Shown: piece after piece, positions 1 to 13,100 of the stretch
Layout: each line of letters begins with the position of its first letter
Numbering within the stretch: the first letter of the stretch is position 1
DNA from: Ramazzottius varieornatus
Taxonomy: Eukaryota > Animalia > Tardigrada
Direction: 5' to 3'
Assembly: GCA_001949185.1 (NCBI GenBank)
Contig: BDGG01000005.1
Coordinates: 1,167,249-1,231,248, forward strand
Length of the DNA: 64,000 nucleotides
The notes under the pieces: generated by a model
Databases searched by the model: none
Told to the model about the DNA's origin: nothing
Seen by the model: the letters and a program-made list of their open reading frames with translations, nothing else
Program-made: the position numbers and the translations under genes

Positions 1-2297
1 TTGAATGAGATCGTCACTCATCATCCCTCCTTTGACGTGGGGGAGTGGCATGAGCGCCTTTCGCGCATAAGGAGAAAATCCTACACTTCCGGTACAAATC
101 TGCTGTATTACAGCAGGTCTTTCTTGTTCTCCTAGTAGATCGATCATCTTTCTGTTTTCACAGGGATATGGACGTCCAAGTATTCTCCGCTGGACTGCTG
201 TTCTGTACTTGGTAATGACGGTGCGATGCTTCGGCTGAAAAGCTGGCTTTTGGAATGGAAGCTCTTCATTGAGAAGGACGATCCAGAAGGAACTGCTCAA
301 ACCAAAGAACGGCAGAATAAAGAAAGCAAGCTCGAAAAGTCAAAACTGAAAGCTGACTGTCGAAGTATGTAGCAACAGCGAGTCTTTAGCATTATAGAAC
401 TATGGCTGAACGTTCTTTTCGATTTTCAGAGGCCTATATCGATCAAGATTCGTCGGACGACGATGGAGAGTTTCAAATGCCGGTGCCCGAAGAAATGCCC
501 CTTACAGGTTTCATGGCTTACGGAGCTTCCGGTGTTGGGAAGAGCGCCGCTGTACACGCCCTCGCACAAGAGATGGGCTTTACAGTGCTAGAGATCAACC
601 CTGCCTCGTGTAAGGACGGCAAGCAGATCCTGACGCAGACGCTGGAGGCCACGCAGAGCCATCGCATCAGCGGCGAAACTAAGTCGAGTTTGGGCTTTAA
701 GAACCTTTTCTCGAAATCCTCACAGTCGCAGCCGAAAGAGGACGAAGAATCAAGGAAGGCGGAAGAGAAGAAAAATACTTTGATCCTCATAGATGATGTA
801 AGAAACCGTCTTCCTCGTTCATTTCTTTCTTCACTAGACTTATATGGCGAAATACTTTTCGTTCTCACAGGCGGATGTTCTACCTGAAGGAGAAGAATCG
901 CTCCTTTCAACCCTTGAAACAATGCTGAGGAAGACAAAGCGACCCATCGTCTTTACGGTTTCCGGTCAGTCGAAAATACGCCTTATTCAAACAGAGAACC
1001 TGGAAGTTGGTGAAGTAGACTTTCTCCGACAGAGTACAGTAAGTGGCGTTGTAACTTTTGCTCTCAGTCTCTTCTTGACTTCATTATGGAAATCCTTTTT
1101 GTTTTTTTGCAGAGTGATGTCGTCTGTTACGTCCGTTTGTTATGTCTCATCGAAAGTGTCGTTCTGGATCAAGAAATGGCGGTGGACCTGGTCAAGTCGG
1201 TTAGCGGAGACCTTCGAGCCGCCATAAACCTGGTGCAATTCTGGGCGAGTTCACCGTCGAGAAAGTTCGCTGCAGCTGAGAGATCGTCTTTGTCACTCGC
1301 CGCAGTTGACAGCCCTCCTAGCTTTATTCAGAATGGGCCGGATCTGTTTACATCCGAGAAGAAGCCAAACACTCAGGCAGGTCAGTTAGTTCAGAACTTG
1401 GTCGACACGACGATTGTTTTGAGAAGGATAGTTGAGGACGTGGTTAGTGGGTGCGAAAAAAATTCAGCACCTGACGTCGCGGGGATGTCTCAATCGAGAA
1501 AGGTATCTGAGGCGGACGAGCCGAAAGCTTGTGCGGAAGAAATGTTTAGACTAGCAGAACATCAATCTGCATTTGCGCAGCTCACCCACGATTCACGGAA
1601 GGCCGTTGATTGCGCTCTCGTCGAGCACCTCCCTATGGCTGGAACGACGGAAGATGCCAATGAACTTCCCATTACTACCGAAGATCGGTTTGACAGTCTG
1701 GCAAACTGGTCAGAAAGCTCCATGGGATACACGGACGTGGTGAAGTCTTTTGTGGGTGAGAAGCTGGAAGACCAGCCTTCGGAGTATTGGTCAAGGTAAG
1801 CGCGTCACCTTACTAAGACGGTCTGTGATGAAACTATAGCTGACAACTGGACAAGGTCGGTTGTCCAAGTGGCGTAAGCTTCCGGTCAGCAACACTGAAA
1901 ATATGCGCCACTTGGGAATCCAGTCTCATCAAGTTGTTTGCCGAGCTCCCAGTTCTGATTTCCATTTTTTCCTAGAATACCATTGTCAACTGTTTGCAGG
2001 GACGGAGAGGAAGTGGAAACTGGTCGATCACTGCTCAACAAGTACGGCCGACGAGTTCCCCAAGTCCATGTCCGAGGTTCGCACTTCGGTACGGACTACT
2101 GGACCTTCTTTCGTGCCATAGCTGAAGCAGAGTTTCTACGTCGCGAACAAGAGCAGATAACCAAACGACGACGCCTTCGATTCTACCACTACCTGGGACC
2201 CAACAGCATGCACTTGACTGATGAATTTCTAACAAAGCTGTCCTACAGTATAGGTGAGAAGCCATCGGAAGCAGACTCTCAGCCCTACAGCCTGTGA
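1..2297 (+). CDS. ATAD5: ATAD5/ELG1 RFC1-like AAA+ PCNA unloader, 3' part (multi-exon, begins before the window)
   Basis: Walker A YGASGVGKS, then LEINPAS..G....LEATQSH, Walker B LILIDD/ADV and KTKRPIVFT; C-terminal DYWTFFRAI..AE..RR...KRRRLRFYHYL. GT-AG joins link the ORF pieces; stop TGA ends at 2297. Confidence 0.9.
1838..1952. mobile_element. Family-1 palindromic MITE-like element (ATAD5 intron)
   Basis: CAAGTGGCGTAA-N25-ATGCGCCACTTGGG...GTTTGCCGAGCTCCCAG. Confidence 0.75.
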
Positions 2298-2539
2298 TCT
2301 TTGCGGCACTTTTAGTGCGAGGTTGAAACTTTACAGCTTTCCGTAAATTTTTCTTGTGTCATTATTTATTACCGCTCAGCAGCCTTTTTGAGCTCCTTTT
2401 ATTTTCTACAGTAACGTAAAAAAACTCGCTGTTGTTAGACCACTTAGGCAACGGGCGCCATAAGGTTTCGAAACTGTGAATCAACAGGTGATCTGTACTG
2501 CTTCGTCCTAATTAGGGGGCACGTCCTCCTCTCTTCTTA

Positions 2540-2876
2540 CAACCTCCCCACCATTCTGGGAGCCTCGTCGGACATTCCGGATGCCTCTTGGGCCAACACT
2601 TCTGACCGTCTTGCCTCCGCGGCTTCCCGGTTGTTTCTTGATCTTTGCTGCACTCCGAAGGACAGTTCAATGTCGTCGCCATCTTCGTCGTTTCTTTTCC
2701 GCTCCCGCGTTTTCCAAATTCAACTCCTTCATTTCTTGCCTTGCGTAATGTTGAGCTTGAGTGACACCTTTCACCAGGCCCATTACCTGGTCTTCGATGG
2801 TTTCGTACAAAGGAAGTTTCTTCCCAGTTAGATGCTCTAAGTCTATCCTTTGGAAGAGCTCAACGTCATACAGTAC
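2540..2876 (-). pseudogene. DDX47: Decayed last exon of DEAD-box helicase DDX47/RRP3
   Basis: After acceptor ttttgacag, 2876-2667 reads VLYDVELFQRIDLEHLTGKKLPLYETIEDQVMGLVKGVTQAQHYARQEMKE, matching the DDX47 C-terminus (YDVELFQRIEHLIGKKLP...EVM.L.ERV.EAQR.A..E..E). It has small insertions and a frameshift before DEDGDDIELSFGV. No DEAD-box core is visible upstream. Confidence 0.75.
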
Positions 2877-2879
2877 CTG

Positions 2880-5200
2880 TCAAAATCAATTATCACGGAC
2901 CGGAAGATTAATCCACTAGCTTCCTTTCGGTTGGCTTGATTGGCTATCTGTCTTTCCAGCCGCGCCCCTAGGCGAGGCGGAGCGTTGCGGAGCTTGATGG
3001 GATTCCGATTTACAGGCTGACCATCGGGCTATCTTCCCGTTCCGCACTTTCGTTGCACGTCTTATGTTAATGCTCCTCCAAATCCCCCTGTACTGTAGTT
3101 CTGTTCTGTCGATCTTGCTGCTGTGTTCGCGATCGGTTGTCTCCGGAATATTGGGGTTATCTCAACATGTTCGGAATCGGAATCATGGAATAAAGAAGGC
3201 TGGACTCAAATTAAAACTGCTCTAGTTGCTTCACAAAGTCGATCTCATTAACGGTGGAGCTATCGAAATTTCGGAGTTTTGGATCAAACCACACTTCGCT
3301 CGTTCGCGGTAAGAAAAGCACTTGGAGTCTCTCCGATGTTTCTGGTGATTCCGTCACACTCGTTATTCAGTCTGGAGTGTTTTCGTCTGGACAGGAATTT
3401 AAGTTTGGGGCACGAAGGTTGATGGTGTTGTTGTGTCTGTATAATTATTGTATAAGGAGGTGAAATTGAGGGATGGTGGCCGGGATATGACGCCAGATCC
3501 CAGGAAGGGACATTGGTGTGGCTATCTTCTGACATGGGGAAAATGCAGCCACAAATTGCTGCGCTAAAAATATCGCATAGTTTTATTCAAGTGCATCCAA
3601 GCGGGACGCCGTCGCCTGCTTTTCCTCGTTCTTTCATGATGGAAGAAGCAGCATGGCGCAGGTGTATCGTGTTCCGTCCTTCAGTGATGACAGATCAAAC
3701 AGTCAAAATAAAAGCCGCGGAAATCTACGTATGGCGCGTTGGCTTATCTGCCTTCATGCCCGACTGACCCTCCTGCAGTTCTTCTTTCCAGAAACCATTT
3801 CGCCCCATCATCAAATTGCCGCATCCGAGCATTGAAGGTACCGGAAATTCTCTGGACTTTATGTTTTAGCAGTCCACGTTTCCACACTGATAATTCACTA
3901 TTTTTTGTTTTCTGTGTGCAGAACTTTTAACCGGAGAATGGTTTTTCGACCTCTGAAGATGCTTTCCTTATGGCGCTGTAAGACCGTTCAGCTTCGAGTG
4001 TCGCTGAAGTGCTGCAGATGCTTCTGAGGAATACAAAGACTTGGGTCTGTCAGCAAGGGCCGAGACAAGCATAAGTAGCCTTTCTTGGGCTGTTAAGAGT
4101 TCGGGTGATAAACTGAGCAGAGATTTGAGCCTTGGTTTGAGGGCGGAAGATTGTTCCGCTGGCATATGCTTCCGTCATGTCGATATCGCAGGACCATAAC
4201 CAAAGCCATAACTATGTGGTTTGAGGAGTGTCCAGCTGTGTTGGTTAAATTGTGTAATTGGCGATTGATCATGACCAGCTATTTGACATTGATCTTTCAG
4301 CCACCCACTCGCCTTGCAGACTGGTCTTATCAAAATCCTGATTATCCTCTGTCCGTTTTGGTACATATCACATGACGGGGGTTAAACATCGACCGGACCA
4401 GCAGCTAAGTTAGCCTCTTCTGGCATATTTCAAACTCTGTCCTCTCCGTGCTCAGCTTCCTTGACTTTTCCCGTTGGCATAACTTTTGAGACCGAGACGT
4501 GCCGTTCGAGTAAGCAAACATGGTGGTCGCTTCGACTTGACGACGTCTTCCAGCAAAGCAAGCAAAGGTGGAGCAGGGAATTTGGGCCCTTGGGATATTT
4601 ACTTAGCTAGCGCGGTGTTGAGAGGAAGCTGTAAAGCCTGTTAGAAGTGCTCCAGATTCGCCCATTATTAAGGGGTATACATAAAATATCCGGTGGCCAC
4701 TGAGGTTTGCTCCAATTTGAGCGGATTTAGAGAGGCATGAAGATCATGAAAGACTTCTCATTTCCCACAATGGATGATTTATAGCCGCAATGTCCCCTGG
4801 AGATATGAGCAGGACAGTGACCCATGACGATCCGTGGTTTCCGGCGCTATCTGCGGTATGTCGATTTCCGTGTAATTTGGGCGTGGCATAGCTGAGAAGA
4901 CAGTGGATTACTTCTTTTTCAAGTACCTGGATGCTCTGGCACCACATTACGTACAGGGAACGGTATATCCAGGTGGGTGAACAGTTTTCTGATCTATTTG
5001 TTTCGCCCTGAAGTACCTGCATGCGTTTTCTCACATTAATTACAGAGCATGGTGTATGCAGGTACGCGAAAGCTTCTCTGATTTGGTGGCTTTGAAGAGA
5101 CGTTCGAAACTTTTGATGATGGAAAGTTGCACGTTGAACAAGGCAATGATGTAAGCCTGTACAAGAGAAGAATCTCGATGAATTTTAATATGGTCATTAT
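2880..5200 (-). pseudogene. Decayed coding-like sequence of unknown origin
   Basis: Protein-like stretches broken by stops and frameshifts, with splice-site-like borders (e.g. cag|GCTTACATC near 5159). Family not recognised. Confidence 0.35.
5013..5065. repeat. Family-2 inverted motif pair
   Basis: GTACCTGCAT (5013) ... ATGCAGGTAC (ends 5065); motif starts are 38 nt apart. Confidence 0.65.
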
Positions 5201-6855
5201 GCTTTTGTCCCGTTTGAAAGAAAGTCGTTTCGGCAAAGACGCAGAGTCGCGGACGAGCGATGAGGAAAGGGAAGCTTTGACGGCGAAGCGCTGGGGGTGA
5301 CAAACATTCAATTCCGTCTTTCTTTTCTTATGGAAATGAGGCTTGTCGTATTAAACTATCCTTATCACGGGTTGAAGATGTAATTTGTCCGAGAAGAAAT
5401 CGGCTCCATACTCATTTGTTCATTGAACCCATGGGAACATGTTGAAGGCCGGAAAAAGGCGAAAAGGGGAGCCCGATTGGGTCTTGAGCAAAGATCTGCA
5501 ACAGCCTCGTTGTAACGACTAGATCCATCTGTTCCTAATCGGCTCCGAGATAGCAGGAACCAGATGAAAAACTTAATATGGAAGAGATAAATTGGACAGA
5601 AACAGTTTGCTGATTTTGTCAGCAGTTAAGGGAAAAATTCACAGTTGACATTTTCCTTGTCATTTGACCCAGATCACTTGGCGTGTTGCGTCTGTTGACA
5701 TCAGTCAAACACCATTTCCTGACGTCCTGTGTTTTTATCCTCACTTGATCAGATTTAAGAAATTTTTCACCGGAAATACTGGAACGCAAATTAGAATCCA
5801 GTCTGTTCGAAACTATTTTTACGAAACTTCCGGATCATCTTTTCGAAGCTTTTTTCGGCCATCTTTGTTTTCTTTTAACCTTCTTGTTGTCTTTTCTTTG
5901 CAGACTTGTTCACGCGTCACAATATCGAGGACCTCCAAACAGAAAATAACGTTACTGAAAGGTATTTCAGTCGATCTGTAAGATTTACGATGTAACGTGA
6001 AATTTGCTCTGCCGCATCCTTAAATCCGAACTCGATACTGATTCTGGCTGGTGCGGATGACTCGGAGTCATAAAGTCTTATTTTGAGGTGCGGTTCCCAT
6101 TCTTTCATTGATGAGAAATTGATAGTGGGCGGAATAACGTTCAGTTTATGGGCTGTAATCGCAAATTCAATTTGCCACCAGAGCTAATTGAAGTCATGCG
6201 AACGGTGCACCACTCTGATCCTTCAACTCGTACGTGTCTGCCTAATGACCCATTCTGCCTTTTCCTACAGGTGTTTTTCCTCCACTTTACGCGTGAATAA
6301 CGTCGCAATTGTTACAAGTTGGTAAGTGGCAATTTTTAGCCTTGGCGACCTTCAACACTGGCGCAGAGTGTTCGATCAGCTCGACCACTCTCAACTATTC
6401 ACTGATGAGCTACATCGTTAATTTTCTATTGTACATACCGAGTACATTACCTGACAGATGAAGCTTTTCGGACAGAATAGCTTCTTTTACGTTCAGTTAG
6501 TTAAGTTTAGCTGAGTTGCTCGTGGCGCAGCTCATATTTCAGCGAGGCTCTCATCGGTGTCTCGCATGTAGACACTCTGCCGAGCTTCTGCGATTATCAA
6601 GGAAATCGGCTGTCAGCGTTATTTTAACCTGCTGGGTTTATTTGTGCTTAAGTGTTGACGGTCCTCAGCGTAAACGCCCCATTATACGACACCGTGTTTA
6701 TTTTCCTATGTATATTTTCCAGGACCTATTTTACCCACCGCTGGATTCGCTATACATCGACTGAAACTCCACTCAGTTACCGGGAATTTATTTTGAATGT
6801 TCCGGGAGGGATTTTTGAGGTGCGGATATTTTACGGGATATTCAGTGACGATAAC

Positions 6856-6908
6856 ATTATCACGGGAAATATTGCCGATCGCATTCTCACGGGAAATATT
6901 GCCGATAT
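6856..6908. repeat. 27-bp tandem duplication with degenerate upstream CGGGA units
   Basis: TCACGGGAAATATTGCCGAT at 6860 and 6887; weaker CGGGA units at 6781, 6804 and 6834. Confidence 0.8.
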
Positions 6909-7108
6909 GTGATATGGCTTCCGACTTTTGTGAAGCACTCGTGCGAACGGAAAGCTGGCCGAGGTTATGTTTTCATGGGGCGACAGTGGAAGTGAATGAT
7001 TCAAACGAGTTGGATATGATATTGGACGATTAGCTGTCATTATAATAGAGTGCCATAGCTCGTTTGTCGTCCTCGTCGTTTTGTGGCTGGTTGTGGGGCC
7101 CTCAAGGC

Positions 7109-10100
7109 ATGTCGTCGTTGTTCCGAGGAACTAGTGGAACTTACAGAGTCAAAGATATCGAATCAATCGTCTATCCTACACCCAAGCAGGTCTCTCCGAT
7201 GAAGGCCACCACGCCGGCGACTGTCCATTTCCTGGACGGCGAAACGCACACCTTTCATATTGATGTACGGTGCCCTACATAGTGCCCGCATTTATCATCT
7301 CACTAGACTGACTTCGACTTTTTTCTCTCTCTTCAGAAACATGCGAAAGGACAGTATCTGATCGACCTGGTTCTGGACCACTTGGATCTGGTCGAGCGGG
7401 ACTACTTCGGGCTGCAGTTCCTCGAGCCGGAATATGAGATCGCGCAAGATCTAATCATCTGGGTAAGAAGTTGTTTCGTATCGAGCTCGGGCAAATGGTC
7501 ACCGGATACAGGTATTAGGAAAACGGAGTAACGGTTTTATTTATGCTGTAGAGGTGGTTGGAACCCCACAAGTCTCTTAAGAAGCAGCTGAAAGGTGGAT
7601 CTCCCTACGTTCTATATTTCCGAGTGAAATTTTACGTGTCGAATCCATGTCTCCTCCACGATGAATTCACCAGGTATTTACTCTTGGAGAATTTCGTTGT
7701 GAACAGCGGTGGCCTATATTTTTTGAGGACATTTTTGTCTGTTCGTGGTGCTGATCGATGTTTTGTTTGTCTAGATACACTTACTTCCTGCAATTGAAAA
7801 AGGATATTCAGGAAGGGAAATTATCGGTGCCGCAGTCGATGGCGTCGCTCCTCGCCAGCTATGTCATACAATGTACGTCGAGTCAAGTGGCTCCACCTAG
7901 ATACCGTACTTAATTTCACCGGAAGTAAGGGTTTCTTACTCTCATCCTTCTCCTTTTATAGCCGAACTCGGTGATTTTGACCCTGATGAACACAAACCCG
8001 GCTACCTTTCCGAGTACAAGTTCGTGCCGGAACAAGGACCGAACTTCGACGTCAAGGTCCACGAGCTTCACAAACAGCACAGGTACTTTGGAATTTCTGC
8101 TTCCAGCTCCTCGAAATTTCCATAATGTACACGAGAGACATGGCCTTACGATACGCTTTCTTACAGGGGAGAAACACCTGCCGACGCCGAGTACAACTTC
8201 CTGGACCATTGTAAACGTTTGGATACTTATGGAATATCTCTTTATCACGCCCAGGTAAAAAACAGTGAGCGACAATTCGAAGTTTAGTGGGTGCGCTTTT
8301 GGTGAATAGCAATTTAGCATGCAGGTTGTTTTCCTTGTAGGATGCGAATGGGGTGGATATTCAGCTGGGTGTGACTTACAGCGGATTTGTAGTCTTTCAA
8401 AATGCGACGCGTTTGAGCGTTTTCCCATGGTAAGAGTTCGCGACGGACCACACGCCTCGGTTATTTTTGCGGTTCACAGTCCGTACTGCGTGGTGGTACT
8501 TGACCGGTCTTCATAGCATGATGCAAACTTGAGGGTACTCTACATGCGTCAAATAACTGTTTGTTCTCCTGTTTTTAGGACCAAAATCATCAAGATATCT
8601 TTCAAGCAGAAACAGTTCTTCATCCAGATCCACGAAGAGTCGGTAAGGGCGGAGCTAGAGCACCACGTGAAACTGCCACCCGACTGAGCTAACGACCTAT
8701 GTTTGCAGAAGGACTACGATACACTCTTGGGATTTTACATGTTAAGTGTCCGCACCTGTAAATACTTATGGAAGTCCTGCGTGGAACACCATAGCTTCTT
8801 TCGGATGAACTCGACACGCCCTCTTCTATCACGGAAGTTGAGTCTATTATCTTGGGGATCGAAATTACGGTGAGGCTCACTAGAATAACAGAACCACAAG
8901 TAGACGTAAAAAGTCCAATGAGCAGTAGCGAGTGGAAACCTGTGTGGGGACCCTAACAGAGAAGGTTCTCCGAGATGGCCCACACTGAATTTCAGGTTGG
9001 TGGTTGGGATTGCGACGAATTTATAGTGCATGATTACGTGTATTGACGATTAATAGTTCTTTTTATGGATGTGTTATATTTCATAAAATCTGATGTTGAG
9101 GAGTGATTTGATGTGAGCTTATGACGTCTCGTCCATTAGCAGCCTTGACACACGATCTCCGTGTTGTCTTACCACACTGGTACAAGCGTCAACCATCGTA
9201 ATTTGGGCTTTACGAGCCGCTGTTGTGGTTTTGCTTTACCGCCCTTGCTGATTAGAAGGTGCCAAGTGAAAAGCCAAGATACTTTTCCAAGCTCGTTCTT
9301 TTTTCTTTCTCCGTCCTTTATCGCTCTAGAGTGTATCGGTTGTGTCTTGAGATGTGACAAGAAGCGATCCATGTCGCACTTTTACAGCATTTCGACGTGC
9401 TTGACATGGTCTAAAAACCGCCCTCCAGCGCTTACTTTCGCTTTTATACGTTCCTCATCTTGTTAGATGTCCGCTGTCGGCATAAGGTAGTACTTTTGTA
9501 CCTGTTATGAGCTGACTGATTCATGCAGGTATTTCTGGGAGGAAATATTTACCTTGTCCTTAGTCAGCCGACGTTTACTAAACAAGCCCCTTCCTATATC
9601 GCATGGGTTGTTCTGAATCCTGCATAACGATCTGTCATTGGAGTGAAGTGAATCCCTTGTCCACTATACACTTCGTCATTCTTTCGAACGTGTTCCCAGC
9701 GTGTGGAATTCGCATTCGATCGCGCACTCGAATCCCTGTGGCATTCTTTCCTGCTTCTGTCCGGCTCGATTACTCACTGTAGTTGGTGTTTGAATAAGAA
9801 GTTTCAATGTAGCATTCCACAAGTCGACGTGCCTCCTTCCACCTTCCTCGTTGCACTGTTGGATTTCTCTCATGCTCTTCAGTCGTTCTTCGAAATCCAG
9901 ATCTTGTTTTTAGTTTTGACATTGGAATAGTTTAAGATGGAAAACTCCACGTACTTCGGTGACGATTATCCGGACGAGCACTTGTTTCGCTGTGTCTTGG
10001 TCGTGAACGGACTATTCGAACCCGAATTGTGAGTTCCCCAACAAAATTTGCTCTGTTTAGGACAAACCTTCAGATAGGAATAATCTTGTGAAAGGGGATT

Positions 10101-13100
10101 AAGTAAGTTAAATTTGGTCCGATTTTTTTAGTAAAGTACTGTAGTAGCGAGAGGATGACGGATCCTCTTTTTCACGGTTGGTTTTTCGAATTCCTTATCT
10201 TAAGTGCTTTCGTGGCTTTCGCCGGTCTTGTGTTCTCGACAAAGGCGTTCGAAGTTTCCGTGTCATTTAGTTGACAAGTTTGATTATTGTTGCTTTCTAC
10301 CACATGCGGAGGAGTTGGTTGGTGCCTTGGCGCCTTTTAGCCACTTATTATGATAGATGTCAAAGCATTATGATTTTTTTTATGGCTGTTCGTGAAAGCG
10401 TAACAACGCTGCTAACGATCGTCCTTAGAATGCTCATCGGAATTGCTGATGAGCTGGCTCAATTAACGAACTTTCCCCTGAGCCGGCTTCGCTGAATTGA
10501 ATTTTCTATTGTGCATCGCAAATTCTAATGTCGACAGTGATTTTACAGGCTGATTTACAGGCTTATTTGTCTGTTGTAGTGGACGGACCGAGTACAAAAC
10601 GCTCGAGGAAGGAACGCGACGCTACCGGAATGACAAGCCAAGCATCAGCAGGTAAGACTGCTTTTTCGTAGTACGCACAAGCATCTAGATCCTCCGAACA
10701 AAATAGAGAAAGGCAATCAATTTTGTTCAGTGTCGAATAACTTAACGTGCGCGCGAACTCAACCAAACAAAATTTCAATCAATTTTATGTTTTGACAACC
10801 GGCTATTTGCCTGCTAATTCTCCGAAAAATCACGCATGTTGTCGTTTAACTATTGCGTAAGTAAGTCACAACATGGAATTCAGCACGCATGACCGTACGG
10901 AGAACCTTCTAGAGCGTTCATCAGAAATTCAAAACTCCGCGATGAATTTTTGGAAAATATTGTGAGGGTCCTTCCTGAGTACTTCGACGCTCTGTCGAAC
11001 TTCTCAGCAAACAGGTGAAACACAGGAATAATATTTGCGCAGTTAGCGTCGTAGAATGCCGGAACTGCGTTGAAGCGCGTCTAAGGAGACTCTTCGTAGA
11101 GACGCTTTGCCAGCGAACTGCCGATGAAATATTATAACTTCACTACCAAGACTCAATACCGATGAGCATAAAAACTCTTATCTTATGATACCGCCTCAGC
11201 AAATTTGCCTCTCAGGATGGTTTGACATTATTTTTTGGCACGAAAAATTTTATGATTAATTGCTTATAGTTAATCATGGTATAAAGGTCTATAATAATCT
11301 ACTGTTTAGGTGAGCAGTTTTCGCTCGGTGCTTTTGAACCTTTCAATTTTGACAGAAAACAGCCAAAAAGAGTGAAAATAAGCGCTAATCAATACTAATT
11401 GTTTTTTGATTTATCATCGGAGTTTCTTTGATCGTTCTGACGTCGTGATCCGACACAGCAGACAAACAAACCAAGTACACCACCGTAGTTCTTCGTGCCC
11501 AAGTTTTTCGGTCCTCATTTTTTTGGCTAATAAATCCAAAGGACACTGACTCACGCATGTTGAGCTCCAATGTCCTTTTTCCTACGACGAGCAACACCAA
11601 ACGCAACTTAGTTCCCACGGCCCTTAGCTAGGAGGTCACTGTGACGTCGGTGCGAACTTCGGAGAGGAGCCAAAGGTTTTTGAATTCACGCCGCGAGCAG
11701 ATGGCGCCATGTTCGCTAAAAGTTTTGTCTTGAGTCCGTATCGAGGTAGCGTCGCTCTCAGAAAAAACGTGCAAATTTAGGTAATTTGAACAGTGTACTC
11801 TGTCGAGCTGCTAGGTAGTTGGCTGACAGCAGTATCTGTTCCGCGCGGGCAATATGACGGAGCACTAGGAATAGTGTTAGAGCGATTAAGCGAGACCTCT
11901 TAGTCAGCTGAGGAAGGAAGGGCTTTGTCGTAAGTCTGCAAATGTTTGGTTGCGCTTGAATAGTTACGCAGCAAAAAGTTCAAGATGGCATTGCTCGGTG
12001 TGCTCTTGGACAAGCTGTTCAGCAACCGGTTTTCTAAATATTTGACGGACGACACTGATTACACACGAATACCCCTCCATAAATATTGCAGGGCCACTGT
12101 TGAGAAACGATCGCGGCTTCCTTTAATGTGGTTTTCGAGAGAATAAAATTGTACTCACCATACGTAATTAGACAATTTTTCTTGAACCAGTTAACCCTGT
12201 ACTGGGGCGGAAGTCGCACCGAACACTGTCACGCGCAATTTGCTCTGCGAATTGAAATCTTCTCTCCAAAGCCCACTTTGAACTCACGAAAGATCGAAAA
12301 GAACTAAGTTGGTCATGTGTAGGATACTCTCGCAACATAACAGATTCCAGTTCTAAAAACCAGGAAAAGATAAAGAACTGTGAATGCCTAGATACAATTT
12401 TTCATGTACATTTGCCCTTGACGTCATAGAGCTAAGTAGAGGAGTGTTAGTGAGTTGGGTTGAAAGGGTGGACAAACACATGACGTAGTGGACGAACGGA
12501 AGATTGGTTCTGCTAATGGCCGGCACGACCTTGAGTGTGGTTTTGTGGGTGTGGCTGAGGAAATTCATTATTTAATTCAAAGGATTATTTATTTTCGTCA
12601 GCAGTATCGTCTTCTATGGCAGAAGCAGGCCGAGTCATAAGTTCAAAGAATATTCCGCAGTTTGTTGCCTTCGTGTTTCTCTTTCCTGTTGCTTATGTTG
12701 TCTTTGGATGTGTAACCTTGAGAGTCGGAGGAGACACGGCTGTGAACAATGGATTTATAATGCATAATGAGGCTCTAATCTGCAAGCTGGATAATCTATT
12801 TTCATGTTTTAGATCACCCAGCAAGCGATATCGTCGGACGATAGCTGGGTCGTCTCGCAATGAAATTCTCCAGGAGAAGCAAGCTCCTATCGTCCACGAC
12901 AAGGAGAGGAACGGCTCGGTGATACGGAATAACAACAACGTGACGATCGTCCATGTTGGATCACAGCCACAACAAGTTTACCAACAGACCAATAATGGCC
13001 ATCTACACCTGAACGGCTCTGTCGCGGCTGCCAACACCAACGGCACTCTTCGACAGAGTAACAAAGGCTTCGTCAGCAATGGCACAACCTTAATTCTTCC

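Noticed and set aside
3960-4030. STSATLEAERSYS resembling a hAT transposase dimerisation motif
   Set aside because: Short match with wrong spacing; no other transposase features or TIRs seen.
4790-4900. MPRPNYTEIDIPQIAPETTDRHG as the missing SLX4 SAP domain
   Set aside because: Only a superficial resemblance, flanked by in-frame stops and 40 kb from the SLX4-like gene.
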